Source of the DNA: a virus
Virus record (IMG/VR): IMGVR_UViG_3300044825_002891
Coordinates: 25,132-89,131 of that record
Length of the DNA: 64,000 nucleotides
Reading direction: 5' to 3' (one strand)
Under the pieces are notes generated by a model. It searched no databases. It was not told the origin of the DNA and saw only the letters and a list, made by a program, of their open reading frames with translations. Each line of letters opens with the position of its first letter. Within the stretch, counting starts at the first letter, position 1. The position numbers and the translations under genes were made by a program. Of the stretch, positions 30,801 through 40,120 are shown one piece after another.

Positions 30801-30889
30801 GCGGCGTCAAGGCACAGGTGGCGTGCTTTGTGGACGAGTTAGTCAAAGAAGTAAAGAAACATGAACTGGAGGAAGTAGGTGCCCGTTGA
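27821..30889 (+). CDS. dnaE: DNA polymerase III alpha subunit
   Basis: PHP HLHRHSEFSVLDG / TDHG, GRGSAAGCLV, PDIDIDF, FNKSHA, C-terminal OB fold. Confidence 0.96.
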   Translation: MFTHLHRHSEFSVLDGMGTADDYAERAAAIGQHALALTDHGTMGGALHHIQACARNDIFPIVGVEAYYKPNRAPHDQTNRDYYHTVLLAKNMTGWRNLLALTSASYRDDAFYYKPIIDDEMLKAHSEGIVASSACMAGFLAKSIFAGDSTGAASYIKKMQSIFKDDFYFEIMPNTVPDQRQLNAEIVSLGWQHGIPVVATTDAHYACADWAATHKILVEHIYQHEDGTLFLMSEDEVRQAFATNHPDLPSEVIDQAIKNSGEIVSRCNIYTISKRPKYPRTATPEMARKKLQDWCDEGMDRLLSQSRVTAGKADSYRERVQYELDVFENNGVLDYFVIVGDLVRWAKENGIQVGVGRGSAAGCLVSYLIGITGIDPISHGLLFERFLNPERKGMPDIDIDFDSEGRERVKQYLRDRWGEDHVADIITYQTYGARSAIKKVSASLKLPFEATNRLTETIGDEGSLLDLREVNEHLDRWANDHPDAWQHALRLEGQTSAESKHAAGVIVTDKPIEEYMPTMRARDGSKTTAWSDRAEFPIISAYGFLKIDLLGLAALSRWSMCCDLIRQNHGVEVDLNHRPEPVCWDPSAGDPDILQRFQYDTIGVFQAETFGISSVLRQMKCDHFNDIAAAISLFRPGPMDNIPAYCARKLGREPVSYLHDDLEPILGETFGLYVYQEQAMQIAQVMAGWTLGEADTLRKAIGKKDAKLMASLKGKFIEGCLGRGHSKGLAESLWKENEASQRYAFNKSHAVSYAAAAYTDMWLKHHYPAEFYTALISTVPKAKRNEKVPKILRAVQASGIKLLAPDINKSEADFSTDGTAIRFGLLSIKGFGEGAANEILEKRPFSSAEDLEQRVAPRKCNSANRKAMLECGALDDFGARDDWSQQDRIRTEIEKLGFSISRDVTELIDTVRQLCHSPLEIEDMADEEECVIGGEIVEVKQINTKRGEMMAFVTFAVGQDSYRATFFPPSFSKYASLLEQGQWVMVNGRKDDRGGVKAQVACFVDELVKEVKKHELEEVGAR

Positions 30890-31901
30890 TCCCGCTAAAT
30901 ATGAGGAAGCCGCAGCGGCGATTCGCAAGCGGTATGGACAGAGCGCATTGTCCGCCGCTAGTGACGCCCCGAGTGTTGCCAGGATTCCCACCGGCTCGAT
31001 CGAGCTTGACTATGCGACTGGAGGCGGAGTGCCCATCGGCCGCTTTTCTCGCTTCTACGGTGGCTATTCGTCTGGCAAGAGCCTCGCGTGCTGGAACGTA
31101 ATCAAGAACGCGCAGCAGCAAGGTCTGCTCTGCGCGTACTACGACGCCGAGAAGCAGTTTGATCCTAACTTCGTGGGTCGGCTGGGCGTTGACATCGACA
31201 AGCTGATCATTGTCGAGGGCTCCATCATCGAGGATATCTGCCTGAAGATGGAGGCACTGATGGGCTCGGTTCACCTGCACGTCATCGACTCAGCGTCTCA
31301 ATGCATCTCCATTCATGAGATGGAGGCGGACCTCGAAAAGGAGCGCATGGGCGGCTCGGCCCGCTTCTGGTCTGCCGGTCTCAAGCGGGTAAGTGAGATG
31401 ATGGAGGCCAGTCCCGAAGGCAACACAGTCATTCTTGTCGATCAGGTGCGCGACGTGTTTGGCATGCCGGGCGCTAATCCCAAGCCCCCTGGCGGAAGGT
31501 TCATCGAACACCTGTCCAGCATGAGTCTGTTTTTCCGCCGCGGCTCGTGGCTGTATCGCGACCCCGATGGCGTGCTTACCGACGACTCGCAGAAGAAGGC
31601 AACCCTATCGGGTCTTGCTGAAGCTGACGGCATTGAGACGCAGATTCGCGTAGAGAAAAGCCGTGTCTGTAGGCCGTTCCGATCGGCCCGCGTAAGGATT
31701 GACTTTGCCGACATGGCATACGACCTGGGTTTCGAGCTTTCCAAGGCAGCTGTGTTCTTCGGTGTAGTTGAGCGCAACGGCGCTTGGTTCACCATCCCTG
31801 GTGGCGAGAAGTTTCAGGGCGAGAAGAAGCTTCGTCAGGCAATCCTTGAGGACAAGAAGCTCCAGAAGGTGATTCGAGAGGCGGTCGCAAATGCTGATTG
31901 A
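30879..31901 (+). CDS. recA: RecA-like recombinase
   Basis: IPTGSIELD..TGGGVP.GR, GGYSSGKS, VIDS, PGGR, GAWF and FQG motifs. Confidence 0.9.
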   Translation: MPVDPAKYEEAAAAIRKRYGQSALSAASDAPSVARIPTGSIELDYATGGGVPIGRFSRFYGGYSSGKSLACWNVIKNAQQQGLLCAYYDAEKQFDPNFVGRLGVDIDKLIIVEGSIIEDICLKMEALMGSVHLHVIDSASQCISIHEMEADLEKERMGGSARFWSAGLKRVSEMMEASPEGNTVILVDQVRDVFGMPGANPKPPGGRFIEHLSSMSLFFRRGSWLYRDPDGVLTDDSQKKATLSGLAEADGIETQIRVEKSRVCRPFRSARVRIDFADMAYDLGFELSKAAVFFGVVERNGAWFTIPGGEKFQGEKKLRQAILEDKKLQKVIREAVANAD

Positions 31902-32196
31902 GGACAAGGCCAACGAGCTGCGTAATGTCGAGGACCTTTGGCCCGACATTAAAGAGCACATTGCAAGCGCTGCGGTTGATGCAATGATGTCCTTGCGATC
32001 GTTCTCTGGCTCCGTTGAGCACGCTGACGTGCTTGCTGATCTTGAGCGCAAGTACCGCAAGGGAGACGAGGAGTACAACAGAGAATGGCTGAACATGAGC
32101 CTGGCAGACCTGGAGCAGGAGGTCTACCAAGAACTTCTCGATCTCGTCGTCTATCACGCGTTGATTCGCGCGAGGTTCAAGCTTGTCCAGCAGTAA
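31891..32196 (+). CDS. Helical protein, possibly MazG-like nucleotide pyrophosphohydrolase fold
   Basis: KY.KG..EY and EVYQELLDLVVY motifs. Confidence 0.45.
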   Translation: MLIEDKANELRNVEDLWPDIKEHIASAAVDAMMSLRSFSGSVEHADVLADLERKYRKGDEEYNREWLNMSLADLEQEVYQELLDLVVYHALIRARFKLVQQ

Positions 32197-32580
32197 AGAA
32201 ATCGGTGACGAGTGGAGGCGGAACTCGCCAGAAAGATTGGCGGGAGGAAAGTCGCTGCCTCTGGCGCGAAGTGGCATTCTAAGCTTGACGTACGCGGCCG
32301 AAGAACTATCTGGTCAGCAAAGGCGACAGAGGCAGCAAGTTTTAGAGTTGACGCTGACATGCTTAGAGAGATGCGTGGCAGCGTTGCGACTCCGGGCGCG
32401 CTAGGTCTTGACGTAACCCCGATTCTTGCCGTGCGGACGGGCACCGGAGACGAGGTGGTGGTGATTCAGATTGACGACTTCCTTGCTCTGATGTCGTCCG
32501 AGGAAAGTTATGGCGGGCCTCAGATCAAACCCAAGAGCAGAGATCGATCCCCACAGCTATTCAGAGAAAGCGACGACTAA
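32183..32580 (+). CDS. Hjc-like PD-(D/E)xK Holliday junction resolvase (frameshift near codon 11)
   Basis: SD GAGG + TTG 32183 gives MSSSKEIGDEW; the -1 frame continues EAELARKIGGRKVAASGA...KLDV...SAK. Confidence 0.6.
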
Positions 32581-33546
32581 GTGGCAGTGAGTAGATTTGA
32601 AATGTTCGCTGAGCTTGGTCTCATCAAGGTTGTTGAGCCAACTACTCAGGCTGCATACGAAACTGTTGCCGAAAACGAATGGCGCTCAGAGTTCACAGAG
32701 GCGCCGCATGGACAGCCATGGCACACCTCGTTTCACGCCTCGCAGTTTCCCGGCGGGGACGACAGGGCGTGCCCCAGAAAAGCCATGTACTCGCTAATGA
32801 ACGTGCCCAGGCCAAAGCCGATCGACAGGGGCGGCAGGACCGTCATGGCCGCTGGCCGCGGGATCGAGTACGAGCTTGTCAAGACTTTCCATGATGCTGG
32901 AGTGCTTCTTTCGGCTGACCCCGACAATCCCGTTCAGACGGGCTTCGTGGATGCCGAGCATTGGCTCACAGGCAACACCGATGCCGTGATTCTTCCGGCG
33001 GGCTGGAGCAAGGGTCATGTGGTTGAGGTCAAGTCCAAAGACCATGATGTCGTGACTGCCATGAGAAATGGCGAGAGGGGCCCAGACCCGGAGCACGTTC
33101 GGCAGGTCAAGACTTACATTGGTATGGCCAACGAGGCAAGCGCCGAGCTGTGGCCTGAGCTTGAGCCGGTGGACACAGGCAGCATCTTCTACCTCAGTCG
33201 CAACAGGCCATCAATCACCGCCGAGTTCTTCTTTCACATGGACGAGGAGATCCTTGCCGACGGCAAGGTCAAGCTCGCCCAATGGCAACAGTGGTTTATC
33301 GACGACCACCTTCCGCCCCGTCCAATCGACTGGATGTGGACTGAGGAGCCCTGCAAATACTGCCAGTACAAGAATCTCAAGCTAAAAGACGGGTCTAGGG
33401 CGGGTTGCAAGGAAGACAACGTGCTCAAGATCGATCGCCTGTCCCAGTCAACCGCTATTCAGTTTGCATCTGAGCTCAACACCGACTATGACTACGACCT
33501 GGCGAAGGCCGCTGTGCTCGCCAGATGGGAGAAGAGGGATGGATGA
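32581..33546 (+). CDS. Cas4-like PD-(D/E)xK exonuclease
   Basis: CPRK, GNTD, VEVKS, QVKTY and CKYC...C motifs (Fe-S type Cys arrangement). Confidence 0.8.
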   Translation: MAVSRFEMFAELGLIKVVEPTTQAAYETVAENEWRSEFTEAPHGQPWHTSFHASQFPGGDDRACPRKAMYSLMNVPRPKPIDRGGRTVMAAGRGIEYELVKTFHDAGVLLSADPDNPVQTGFVDAEHWLTGNTDAVILPAGWSKGHVVEVKSKDHDVVTAMRNGERGPDPEHVRQVKTYIGMANEASAELWPELEPVDTGSIFYLSRNRPSITAEFFFHMDEEILADGKVKLAQWQQWFIDDHLPPRPIDWMWTEEPCKYCQYKNLKLKDGSRAGCKEDNVLKIDRLSQSTAIQFASELNTDYDYDLAKAAVLARWEKRDG

Positions 33547-34366
33547 AGTCAGACTTTCAGTAGACCAGGCAACGGCGATCATTGCAGAAGCGAAGAACGA
33601 TGGGTCGTACTCTGATCCGATGCCGGTTGATGAGCGCGAGAGAATCGCAGAGGCAACAGCGATCTATCAGCAGGCGGTGAACGCCGCCAAGAACGATGTC
33701 AAGATCGATGCTGTGTACAGGATCATCGCCATTGCGCACGACGAAGACGCCCCGTTCAGCGTTCCGGAACCTGAAACAGAAGAGGTCGAAAACACCCCCG
33801 AGGAGCCTGTTGAGAAGCAGGAGCTGGACTTCGTGATGGAAGAGCCCGCCCAGGAAGCTCCCAAGCCCGCAAAGAAGCCGAAGAAGCCTGCGCCAAAGCA
33901 GGAGGATCAGCGCATGCAGATCGATGATTTCTTCGCCAAGGAGCGACTGCCCATTCCGGCTAGCCCAGACTGGGAGATCACTCCGGTCCCCGCTGATCTC
34001 ACGACGCTATCCGATGTTGAAATGCGGCGCATGCATGGCCAGTATCACGCCTACTACGTCCGCGCCGCCTACCTCCTGGCCCAGGAAGAGAACGATCTCA
34101 ATGTGGCCGAGCACGAGCACGAGACAGCTTTTGCAATGGCGATTAGAGACATTGGTGGTGACAAGATCACCGCTGCCAAGACTGAGGCCGCACTTGCTCC
34201 GGAAGTTCTTAAGTGGAAAAAGAAAGTGCTTGAGCACTCTGCTGCCGTAAAGCAGCTGAAGGCTCTTGCCGCTATCTACGACTCGACCTGCAACAGGCTG
34301 AGTCGCGAGTGGACCATGCGCTCTGACGAGCGCTCGACATCCGGCAATCTGTTCAGCAACAGGTAG
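33539..34366 (+). CDS. Hypothetical protein with C-terminal coiled coil (possible recombination mediator)
   Basis: ATG 33539 overlapping the previous gene; helical C-terminus ending LSREWTMR. Confidence 0.6.
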   Translation: MDEVRLSVDQATAIIAEAKNDGSYSDPMPVDERERIAEATAIYQQAVNAAKNDVKIDAVYRIIAIAHDEDAPFSVPEPETEEVENTPEEPVEKQELDFVMEEPAQEAPKPAKKPKKPAPKQEDQRMQIDDFFAKERLPIPASPDWEITPVPADLTTLSDVEMRRMHGQYHAYYVRAAYLLAQEENDLNVAEHEHETAFAMAIRDIGGDKITAAKTEAALAPEVLKWKKKVLEHSAAVKQLKALAAIYDSTCNRLSREWTMRSDERSTSGNLFSNR

Positions 34367-34375
34367 GAGAAGAGG

Positions 34376-34528
34376 ATGACCAAGCAGGAAACAAATCAAA
34401 CGCTGTTGAGAATCACAGGGGTCATGGTTCTCAGCGTGTTTGCCGTGGTCTTCAGTGTGTTCTTTGGGCTGCTTGCCCGGATCACATGGGAGGGTTTCTC
34501 CTGGGGCTGGAGTCTTTTCGGCCTGTGA
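34376..34528 (+). CDS. Small membrane protein (50 aa)
   Basis: SD AGGAGA; hydrophobic ITGVMVLSVFAVVFSVFFGLLA; GTGA overlap with ruvC. Confidence 0.6.
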   Translation: MTKQETNQTLLRITGVMVLSVFAVVFSVFFGLLARITWEGFSWGWSLFGL

Positions 34529-35010
34529 TTGCCGGTATTGATGTCTCGACAAAGTCGATCGCGCTTGTTGTGCTGTCGTCCAAGACCGGTGACATTTCAA
34601 GGTTCGACGAGTTCTTGATTCCTGACCTGAGGAAACTAGGCGGAAACAAGGCTGAGCGCTGCCGAGTCATTGCAGAGACTGGGTTCCCGGCCGCACTAAA
34701 GCGAGTGACGGTTGTGTATGTCGAACAGCCGATGGGGAGGCAAGTGAAGGGGGTCGCGGAGGTTGAAAGGGTGGTCGGGTCTGTTATTGCCTCGGTCCCC
34801 AAAAAGACTTCCGTAAGCCTGATCACGCCAGCAGAGTGGAAGAAAGCAGTTGGTCTCAAGGGCAATGCTCAGAAAGACGACATCAGGGCGTTTGCCGATG
34901 AGCTCTATCCAGTGCTTTCTGAGTCAAGCCAAGATCTGCACGACGCTGCGCTGATTGCGCGATCGTGCTTCGTGGAAGGAGGAAGAGTTGGCGTCCAAGA
35001 AGATTGCTGA
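34525..35010 (+). CDS. ruvC: RuvC-like Holliday junction resolvase
   Basis: IAGID.S, VYVEQP, TPAEWKK..GLKGNAQK and DLHDAALIA motifs. Confidence 0.85.
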   Translation: MIAGIDVSTKSIALVVLSSKTGDISRFDEFLIPDLRKLGGNKAERCRVIAETGFPAALKRVTVVYVEQPMGRQVKGVAEVERVVGSVIASVPKKTSVSLITPAEWKKAVGLKGNAQKDDIRAFADELYPVLSESSQDLHDAALIARSCFVEGGRVGVQEDC

Positions 35011-35365
35011 CATGGCTCGACAGTGTCCGCCCAACGACAAGCATCACAGAAACGACTTTGCACCAAGGTCGCATGATCACCTCTTGCCAGTTGGTCCGTT
35101 CAGGATGTGGCTCACGCATCTTATGAACGAGCAAAGCATGCAGATAACGGAGCTGGCAGAGCTTGTTCAGCTCAACGAAAGAAGCTTGAGAAGAATCCTG
35201 GGCACGCCGTCAAAAGCCAAGTCCGGCAAAATGAAAGTCCAGCAGGAAGTCTCTCTTGATGTTGTTGACTGGGCCCTCACAAAGGCTGACGGATATACCC
35301 AGCTGTGGCATCTCTACCCGGAGCTGTACGAGACTACTGATTCCGATATAGAGATTTCTGCTTGA
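34988..35365 (+). CDS. Helix-turn-helix DNA-binding protein
   Basis: ITELAELVQLNERSLRRIL HTH; SD GGAGG before TTG 34988. Confidence 0.6.
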   Translation: MASKKIADMARQCPPNDKHHRNDFAPRSHDHLLPVGPFRMWLTHLMNEQSMQITELAELVQLNERSLRRILGTPSKAKSGKMKVQQEVSLDVVDWALTKADGYTQLWHLYPELYETTDSDIEISA

Positions 35366-35386
35366 CACCGCAACAATGCTCATGTA

Positions 35387-35836
35387 ATGCAAATCTCTGA
35401 CGAGGAACGCAAGCGCCGCTCCCAGATGGCACGGGAGCTTCACGCTCAAGGCAAGTTCGGTGGCAGGCAGCCGGGTTCTGGCAGGCCAAAGAAGAAGCGC
35501 GCGTCTGAGATTGTTGCAGAGCAGGCTCGTGTCGAAGCAGAGAACATCATCGAGGTGTTCCGTGACTCGATCCGCTCAGACAATCCTGCCAGCGTGCGCC
35601 TCAATGCGGCCCGTGAGTGGCTCAAGATCGAACAATCAGAGGCCGATTTACAGCTGCGCGAAGAGCGCCAGCTAGAGGGACTTTCTACAAACCAGCTGGT
35701 TGAGATGATCATGGGCAGACTTACCCGTGTTCAGGAGTTTGGTGGAGTGCTTCCGGAAGAACTAGCCGGTTTTCTTGAAGGTCCAGACGAAGAGACCCAG
35801 GTCGTAGAAGCTGAGTCTGTAGAGGTCGAAGAGTAG
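35387..35836 (+). CDS. terS: Terminase small subunit (putative)
   Basis: GGRQPGSGRPKK and VRLNAAREWL motifs; directly precedes the large subunit. Confidence 0.7.
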   Translation: MQISDEERKRRSQMARELHAQGKFGGRQPGSGRPKKKRASEIVAEQARVEAENIIEVFRDSIRSDNPASVRLNAAREWLKIEQSEADLQLREERQLEGLSTNQLVEMIMGRLTRVQEFGGVLPEELAGFLEGPDEETQVVEAESVEVEE

Positions 35837-37629
35837 TGTCCGACCAGATGCGGGAGGCGCTGGGCCAGCTTTCCAAGCAGGAGCTGCTGGAGCTGGCCAA
35901 GATGGCGGCTGTTATTGAGCAGCGTGTGGTGTCTGGCGCCCCCATGAATGACGACGAGCTGCATACGTGGGTCAAGTCAGAGCTTGGCGTTGATATCCCC
36001 AGGGAGGCAGTGTGCGATGGACATCATGCGCCGTTCGATTTCGTCGCTGACTTCTTCTTTGAGCGTCAAAATAGTGGGATTGTTGTTGCTAATCGAGGTG
36101 GCTCGAAAACATTCGGTGTTGCGATCCTCCACTATCTCAACGGCAAGTTCAAGGCAGGGATCGAGGGGTTTACCTTCGGCGCCACCGAGGCCCAGTCCAA
36201 GCGTGCCTACGCCCACCTCAAGGATCTCATCCGCAAGAAGAATGATGACGAGATTGAATCGTCTCTGGAGTCGATGACCAAGTGGAAGAACGGCTCTAGC
36301 GTCGAAATCGTTCCCGGTACCATTCGCGCTGTCAACGGCCCACACCCTCAGGTTGTGCACGCCGATGAGGTCGAGCTCATGGACGAGGATGTGTTCTACG
36401 AGTCCCGCAACATGGCGCAGTCCAAGACGATCGACGGGCGTTTTCTTCGTGCTCAGAACATCATCACGTCTACGCGCAAGAGAGCCGCTGGTCTAATGCA
36501 GAGGCTTGTCGATGAAGTGATGGATGCGGAGCTTCAGGGAAAAGAGCCGCCATACAAGCTCTACACCTGGTGCATCTTCGAGACAGCTCAGAACGTGCCT
36601 AACTGTCAGAAGGCAAACCCGGATCTTCCTCCGGGCAAGCGTTGCCCCTGCGACACAATCAAGAGAGGCAAGCTCGACGGCGGCGTTGATCGCACGCTTG
36701 CTGATGTCTGCAATGGCAGGCTCGCCAGATCCCAGGGATGGATCGACTTCGACGATGTGATCAAGCTGTTTCTCTCTAACACTCCTGAAATGTGGGAGGC
36801 CCAGCAGGAGTGCAAGAAGCCTTCCACGTCCGGCATGGTCGTGCCCTCTTTTACCAGAGAGCGGCACTGCATCAAGAACTTCGAGGTGGACCCGGGCAAC
36901 GGTCCTATTTACCAGGGTATTGACTTCGGCGGAACAAACCCGCATGCCGTCCTGTTTGTGCAAGTGCTAGAGCATGAAGTAGATGTGGAGATGTGGAGCG
37001 GCGGAACAAAGCGCTTGCGCCAGGGAACCCATGTTTACTTCGATGAGATCTACAAGGCCGAGATCAGCAACAACAAGCTTGCTGACCTGATTTGCGATCG
37101 TGAGCTTGCGTGGCGCAAGGCAGCACCCGGATTCAAGGTCCACTCCCGTTTCTGCGACCCCCAGGGCAAGGCTGCGAGGCTTGACCTCAGAAACCACAAC
37201 CCGCCACTCCCCAGTGTTTGGTACACAACCAGAGATGTACGAGAGCACATCAAGCTGGTAAACGAGCTGTACAACGACGACATGATCGTTATTGATGCCA
37301 GCAGATGCCTCATGATGGTTGAAGAAATCGAGGCATGGCATTACCCCAAAGGTCGATCGTCCTCTGTCGATGATCCGGAGATTCCGGTCAACGACTTCGA
37401 TCATGCAATGTCCGCAATGCGTTACTCCATTGCGAATATCGCACGTATGGCCGGTAGATCGACCGCGGCGCTAGCCCCGATTTCAAGTGGTAGCGGTCAC
37501 ACAACTGCAAGTTTCTTACGGGACGTGCAGAAAAGTATCTCTACAGGCACGTATAGAAACTCGAATTCCACAAGGCTTCCGAGGTCTGAACGCTGGCGCG
37601 CGACCTTCGGTAGCGATAGACTGGAGTAG
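35836..37629 (+). CDS. terL: Terminase large subunit
   Basis: ANRGGSKT, HADEVE, GIDFGGTNP, FCDP and DHAMSAMRY motifs. Confidence 0.92.
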   Translation: MSDQMREALGQLSKQELLELAKMAAVIEQRVVSGAPMNDDELHTWVKSELGVDIPREAVCDGHHAPFDFVADFFFERQNSGIVVANRGGSKTFGVAILHYLNGKFKAGIEGFTFGATEAQSKRAYAHLKDLIRKKNDDEIESSLESMTKWKNGSSVEIVPGTIRAVNGPHPQVVHADEVELMDEDVFYESRNMAQSKTIDGRFLRAQNIITSTRKRAAGLMQRLVDEVMDAELQGKEPPYKLYTWCIFETAQNVPNCQKANPDLPPGKRCPCDTIKRGKLDGGVDRTLADVCNGRLARSQGWIDFDDVIKLFLSNTPEMWEAQQECKKPSTSGMVVPSFTRERHCIKNFEVDPGNGPIYQGIDFGGTNPHAVLFVQVLEHEVDVEMWSGGTKRLRQGTHVYFDEIYKAEISNNKLADLICDRELAWRKAAPGFKVHSRFCDPQGKAARLDLRNHNPPLPSVWYTTRDVREHIKLVNELYNDDMIVIDASRCLMMVEEIEAWHYPKGRSSSVDDPEIPVNDFDHAMSAMRYSIANIARMAGRSTAALAPISSGSGHTTASFLRDVQKSISTGTYRNSNSTRLPRSERWRATFGSDRLE

Positions 37630-37631
37630 TA

Positions 37632-40067
37632 ATGGCAGTTGACCCACTGGACCGCGTGCGCCAAATGTCTGAGGCGAAGCGCAGGCAGCTCACAACCGAT
37701 CGCGGTCCCACTTCGCGTCAGCGCTCTGTCGATTATACGACATTTTACAGGCTTGGTACAAGCACGCTGGAAGAGTGGAACTGGACAAGCATTCCGCTTT
37801 CCAAGATTTACCAGATGCGCTGTGACCCGATGCTGGCTTTCGGACTTCAGTTCATCAAGGTGCCGCTGGTTCGCGCCCCCTGGTACATCGAGTGCGAGGA
37901 CGCCAAGATCGCCGCGTTCGTTGACGGTGCCCTGCGCGAGATCTGGAACAGCTTTGTCTTCCAGTACACCAACTGCTACGACTTCGGCTACTCCCCTATC
38001 ATCAAGAACTTTGCTTTCGCCAAGCCCAACTGGATGTATGTGGACCCCACGGACATGCGGGAGCCGGAGAAGAAAGCTTGGGACAACGGCAACATTGACG
38101 CCATTGTTTGGAAGCCGTTCACGGGTGTCGCCCCGGAGCACGCGATGCCGAAGTGGAACTCAAGCGGTGAGTTTGACGGTTTCCTGTGGAGTAACCCCGG
38201 TGTGATCGCCGGTACGTTCAGCGAGGATGATTCCTACAAGGTCCCGGTTGATCGCGCTTTGTGGGCCACAAACCAGAAAGAGAAAGTCTTCGGGTCGCTG
38301 TATGGCGAGTCCATGCTGACTCCCGCCTACCGCTACTGGTGGTCGTACTGGTTCCGAATGGCCCTGGCCGACCGCGCGTTCGAGCGGCACGTTGACCCGG
38401 CAATGGTCGTCTACTTCCCGCCCGACCCCGTTATCGATGACGAGACTGGCGAAGAGCTCAATGTCCGGGCTTCTGCGATCAGTGTGTTTGAGCAGGCTCG
38501 TTCGGGTTCTACCATTGCTCTCCCCAACAGCAGACTCACGGATCCAGAGGGCAAGCCCGGCGATCGTGAGTGGGCTTGGGAGCAGCTGCGTTCTGATACG
38601 AACTTCCAGGCGCTTGCCGAGTCGCTTGATTATCTCGATGTGATGAAGCTGCGCTCCCTCGCTGTTCCAGAGCAGGCCCTCATCGAGGGCTCTGGCGGCA
38701 CGTCGAGCCGTAATGTTGCGGCCCAGATGGGCGACAAGCTCTTTGAGAGCCAGTACGTCCGCATGCTGGAGATTGACGAGCACTGCAATCGCTACCTGAT
38801 TCCGCAGCTGGTTGCGCTCAACTTCCCCGAGTACACTGGCACAGTGCGCAAGGTGACGAGAGGCTTCGCCTCCACAGACATCGACCTCGCCCGTCAGCTT
38901 CTTCAGCTAATCGGCCAGACCAACCCGGCCGAGCTGAACATGGTTGACATCCGCGAGATCCTGTCCCAGTACCACATTCCTCTCTACACAGAGACTGAAG
39001 TGATGGCTCGTATCCGCGAGACCGAGGCCAAGCAGGCCGAGCAGGAGATCATCGGTGAGCTGAACATTGATGAGATTCCTGAGGCCGAGGGTGCTGGTGG
39101 CGACGTGCGAGACTCCATGGCCCCGATGGAGGCGACCGGTGACACCCCGCAGGGTGGCAGCCCGCCCCCGACCCGTGGCGTCATGGCCGGGCCCGGTCAC
39201 ATCAAGGACGTGACAGACGAGTGGGGCCGCTACATTCAGCCGCGCGAGGTCATCACTCTTGCCGACACCGACTTCCGCTCTTCCATGCAGAAGTACTACC
39301 CGGCCATGGAAGATCCGGAAACGATCGAGGCCAGCGTTGAGGTCCAGGAGATCTGGGATCGCACCTTCCGCAACGCCTACAACGACATTGTTGATCTGGT
39401 TGCGTCTATCGGCCTCGCTGATCAGCCCAACGATGAGCAGGAGCAGACCCTGCGCCAGGCCCTAGAGGAGAACTTCAAGAAGGGCGCTACGGCATCGGCT
39501 GCGATTCTCGCTCTTCTCATGCTTCGCTCTGGGCGCAACACCGCCATTGCCGTGGGCTACCCGCCCAGCGAGCTTGGTGAGTTTGACGCCGCCTCCGAGT
39601 GGAACGCGCAGAACTCCGAGAACCTGCCCAGTCTTCTTGCCGAGACAACCCTTGAGGACATCAAGACCTTTCTTAAGAACGCCAAGGGAACCACGCCCTC
39701 TGAGATTTCTGCTGAGTTTCGCGAGAAGTTTCGTAACTACCCTGATTGGAAAAGCCAGCGGGTTGCCCGCGGCGAATCCACCCGGGCCTACAGAATGGCC
39801 CAAATCCTTGCCGCCCAGGAGCTAGGCGCCCAGAAGCTCCGCGCCTCTGATGCGAGCAACGGAACAGACTTCTCCACTGATCAGCACTGCATCGATCGCC
39901 ATGGCAAGGAGTACACGATTGCTGAGGCAATCGAGGAAACGCTGAGCATGTCCCACCCGAACTGTACACTTCACTGGACTCCTGTACCGAGCAACATCGC
40001 GTATGCTTCGGAGCAACGAACAGGTAACTGGTGGTCTGCCGCGCTGCGGCACGTACTGAAAGGGTAA
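37632..40067 (+). CDS. Portal protein (Mu gp29/DUF935-like) fused to a MuF-like minor head domain
   Basis: YGESML..AY..W and NRYLIPQLV portal motifs; C-terminal RVARGE and HPNC motifs. Confidence 0.8.
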   Translation: MAVDPLDRVRQMSEAKRRQLTTDRGPTSRQRSVDYTTFYRLGTSTLEEWNWTSIPLSKIYQMRCDPMLAFGLQFIKVPLVRAPWYIECEDAKIAAFVDGALREIWNSFVFQYTNCYDFGYSPIIKNFAFAKPNWMYVDPTDMREPEKKAWDNGNIDAIVWKPFTGVAPEHAMPKWNSSGEFDGFLWSNPGVIAGTFSEDDSYKVPVDRALWATNQKEKVFGSLYGESMLTPAYRYWWSYWFRMALADRAFERHVDPAMVVYFPPDPVIDDETGEELNVRASAISVFEQARSGSTIALPNSRLTDPEGKPGDREWAWEQLRSDTNFQALAESLDYLDVMKLRSLAVPEQALIEGSGGTSSRNVAAQMGDKLFESQYVRMLEIDEHCNRYLIPQLVALNFPEYTGTVRKVTRGFASTDIDLARQLLQLIGQTNPAELNMVDIREILSQYHIPLYTETEVMARIRETEAKQAEQEIIGELNIDEIPEAEGAGGDVRDSMAPMEATGDTPQGGSPPPTRGVMAGPGHIKDVTDEWGRYIQPREVITLADTDFRSSMQKYYPAMEDPETIEASVEVQEIWDRTFRNAYNDIVDLVASIGLADQPNDEQEQTLRQALEENFKKGATASAAILALLMLRSGRNTAIAVGYPPSELGEFDAASEWNAQNSENLPSLLAETTLEDIKTFLKNAKGTTPSEISAEFREKFRNYPDWKSQRVARGESTRAYRMAQILAAQELGAQKLRASDASNGTDFSTDQHCIDRHGKEYTIAEAIEETLSMSHPNCTLHWTPVPSNIAYASEQRTGNWWSAALRHVLKG

Positions 40068-40120
40068 AACCGTGAAGAAAAACACGAAAGTCAAGAAGCC
40101 GACCAAGAAGAAGTACTGAG

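Noticed and set aside
32581-33546. Cas4-like gene as part of a CRISPR-Cas system
   Set aside because: No cas1/cas2 or array; solo Cas4-like nucleases are common in phage recombination modules
35362-35390. Promoter at TTGACA upstream of terS
   Set aside because: Perfect -35 but no TANNNT at 16-18 bp spacing; too weak to call
24688-37629. Inteins or introns in dnaB, dnaE, recA or terL
   Set aside because: Lengths are normal and no intein splice-junction (C...HN) or LAGLIDADG motifs were seen
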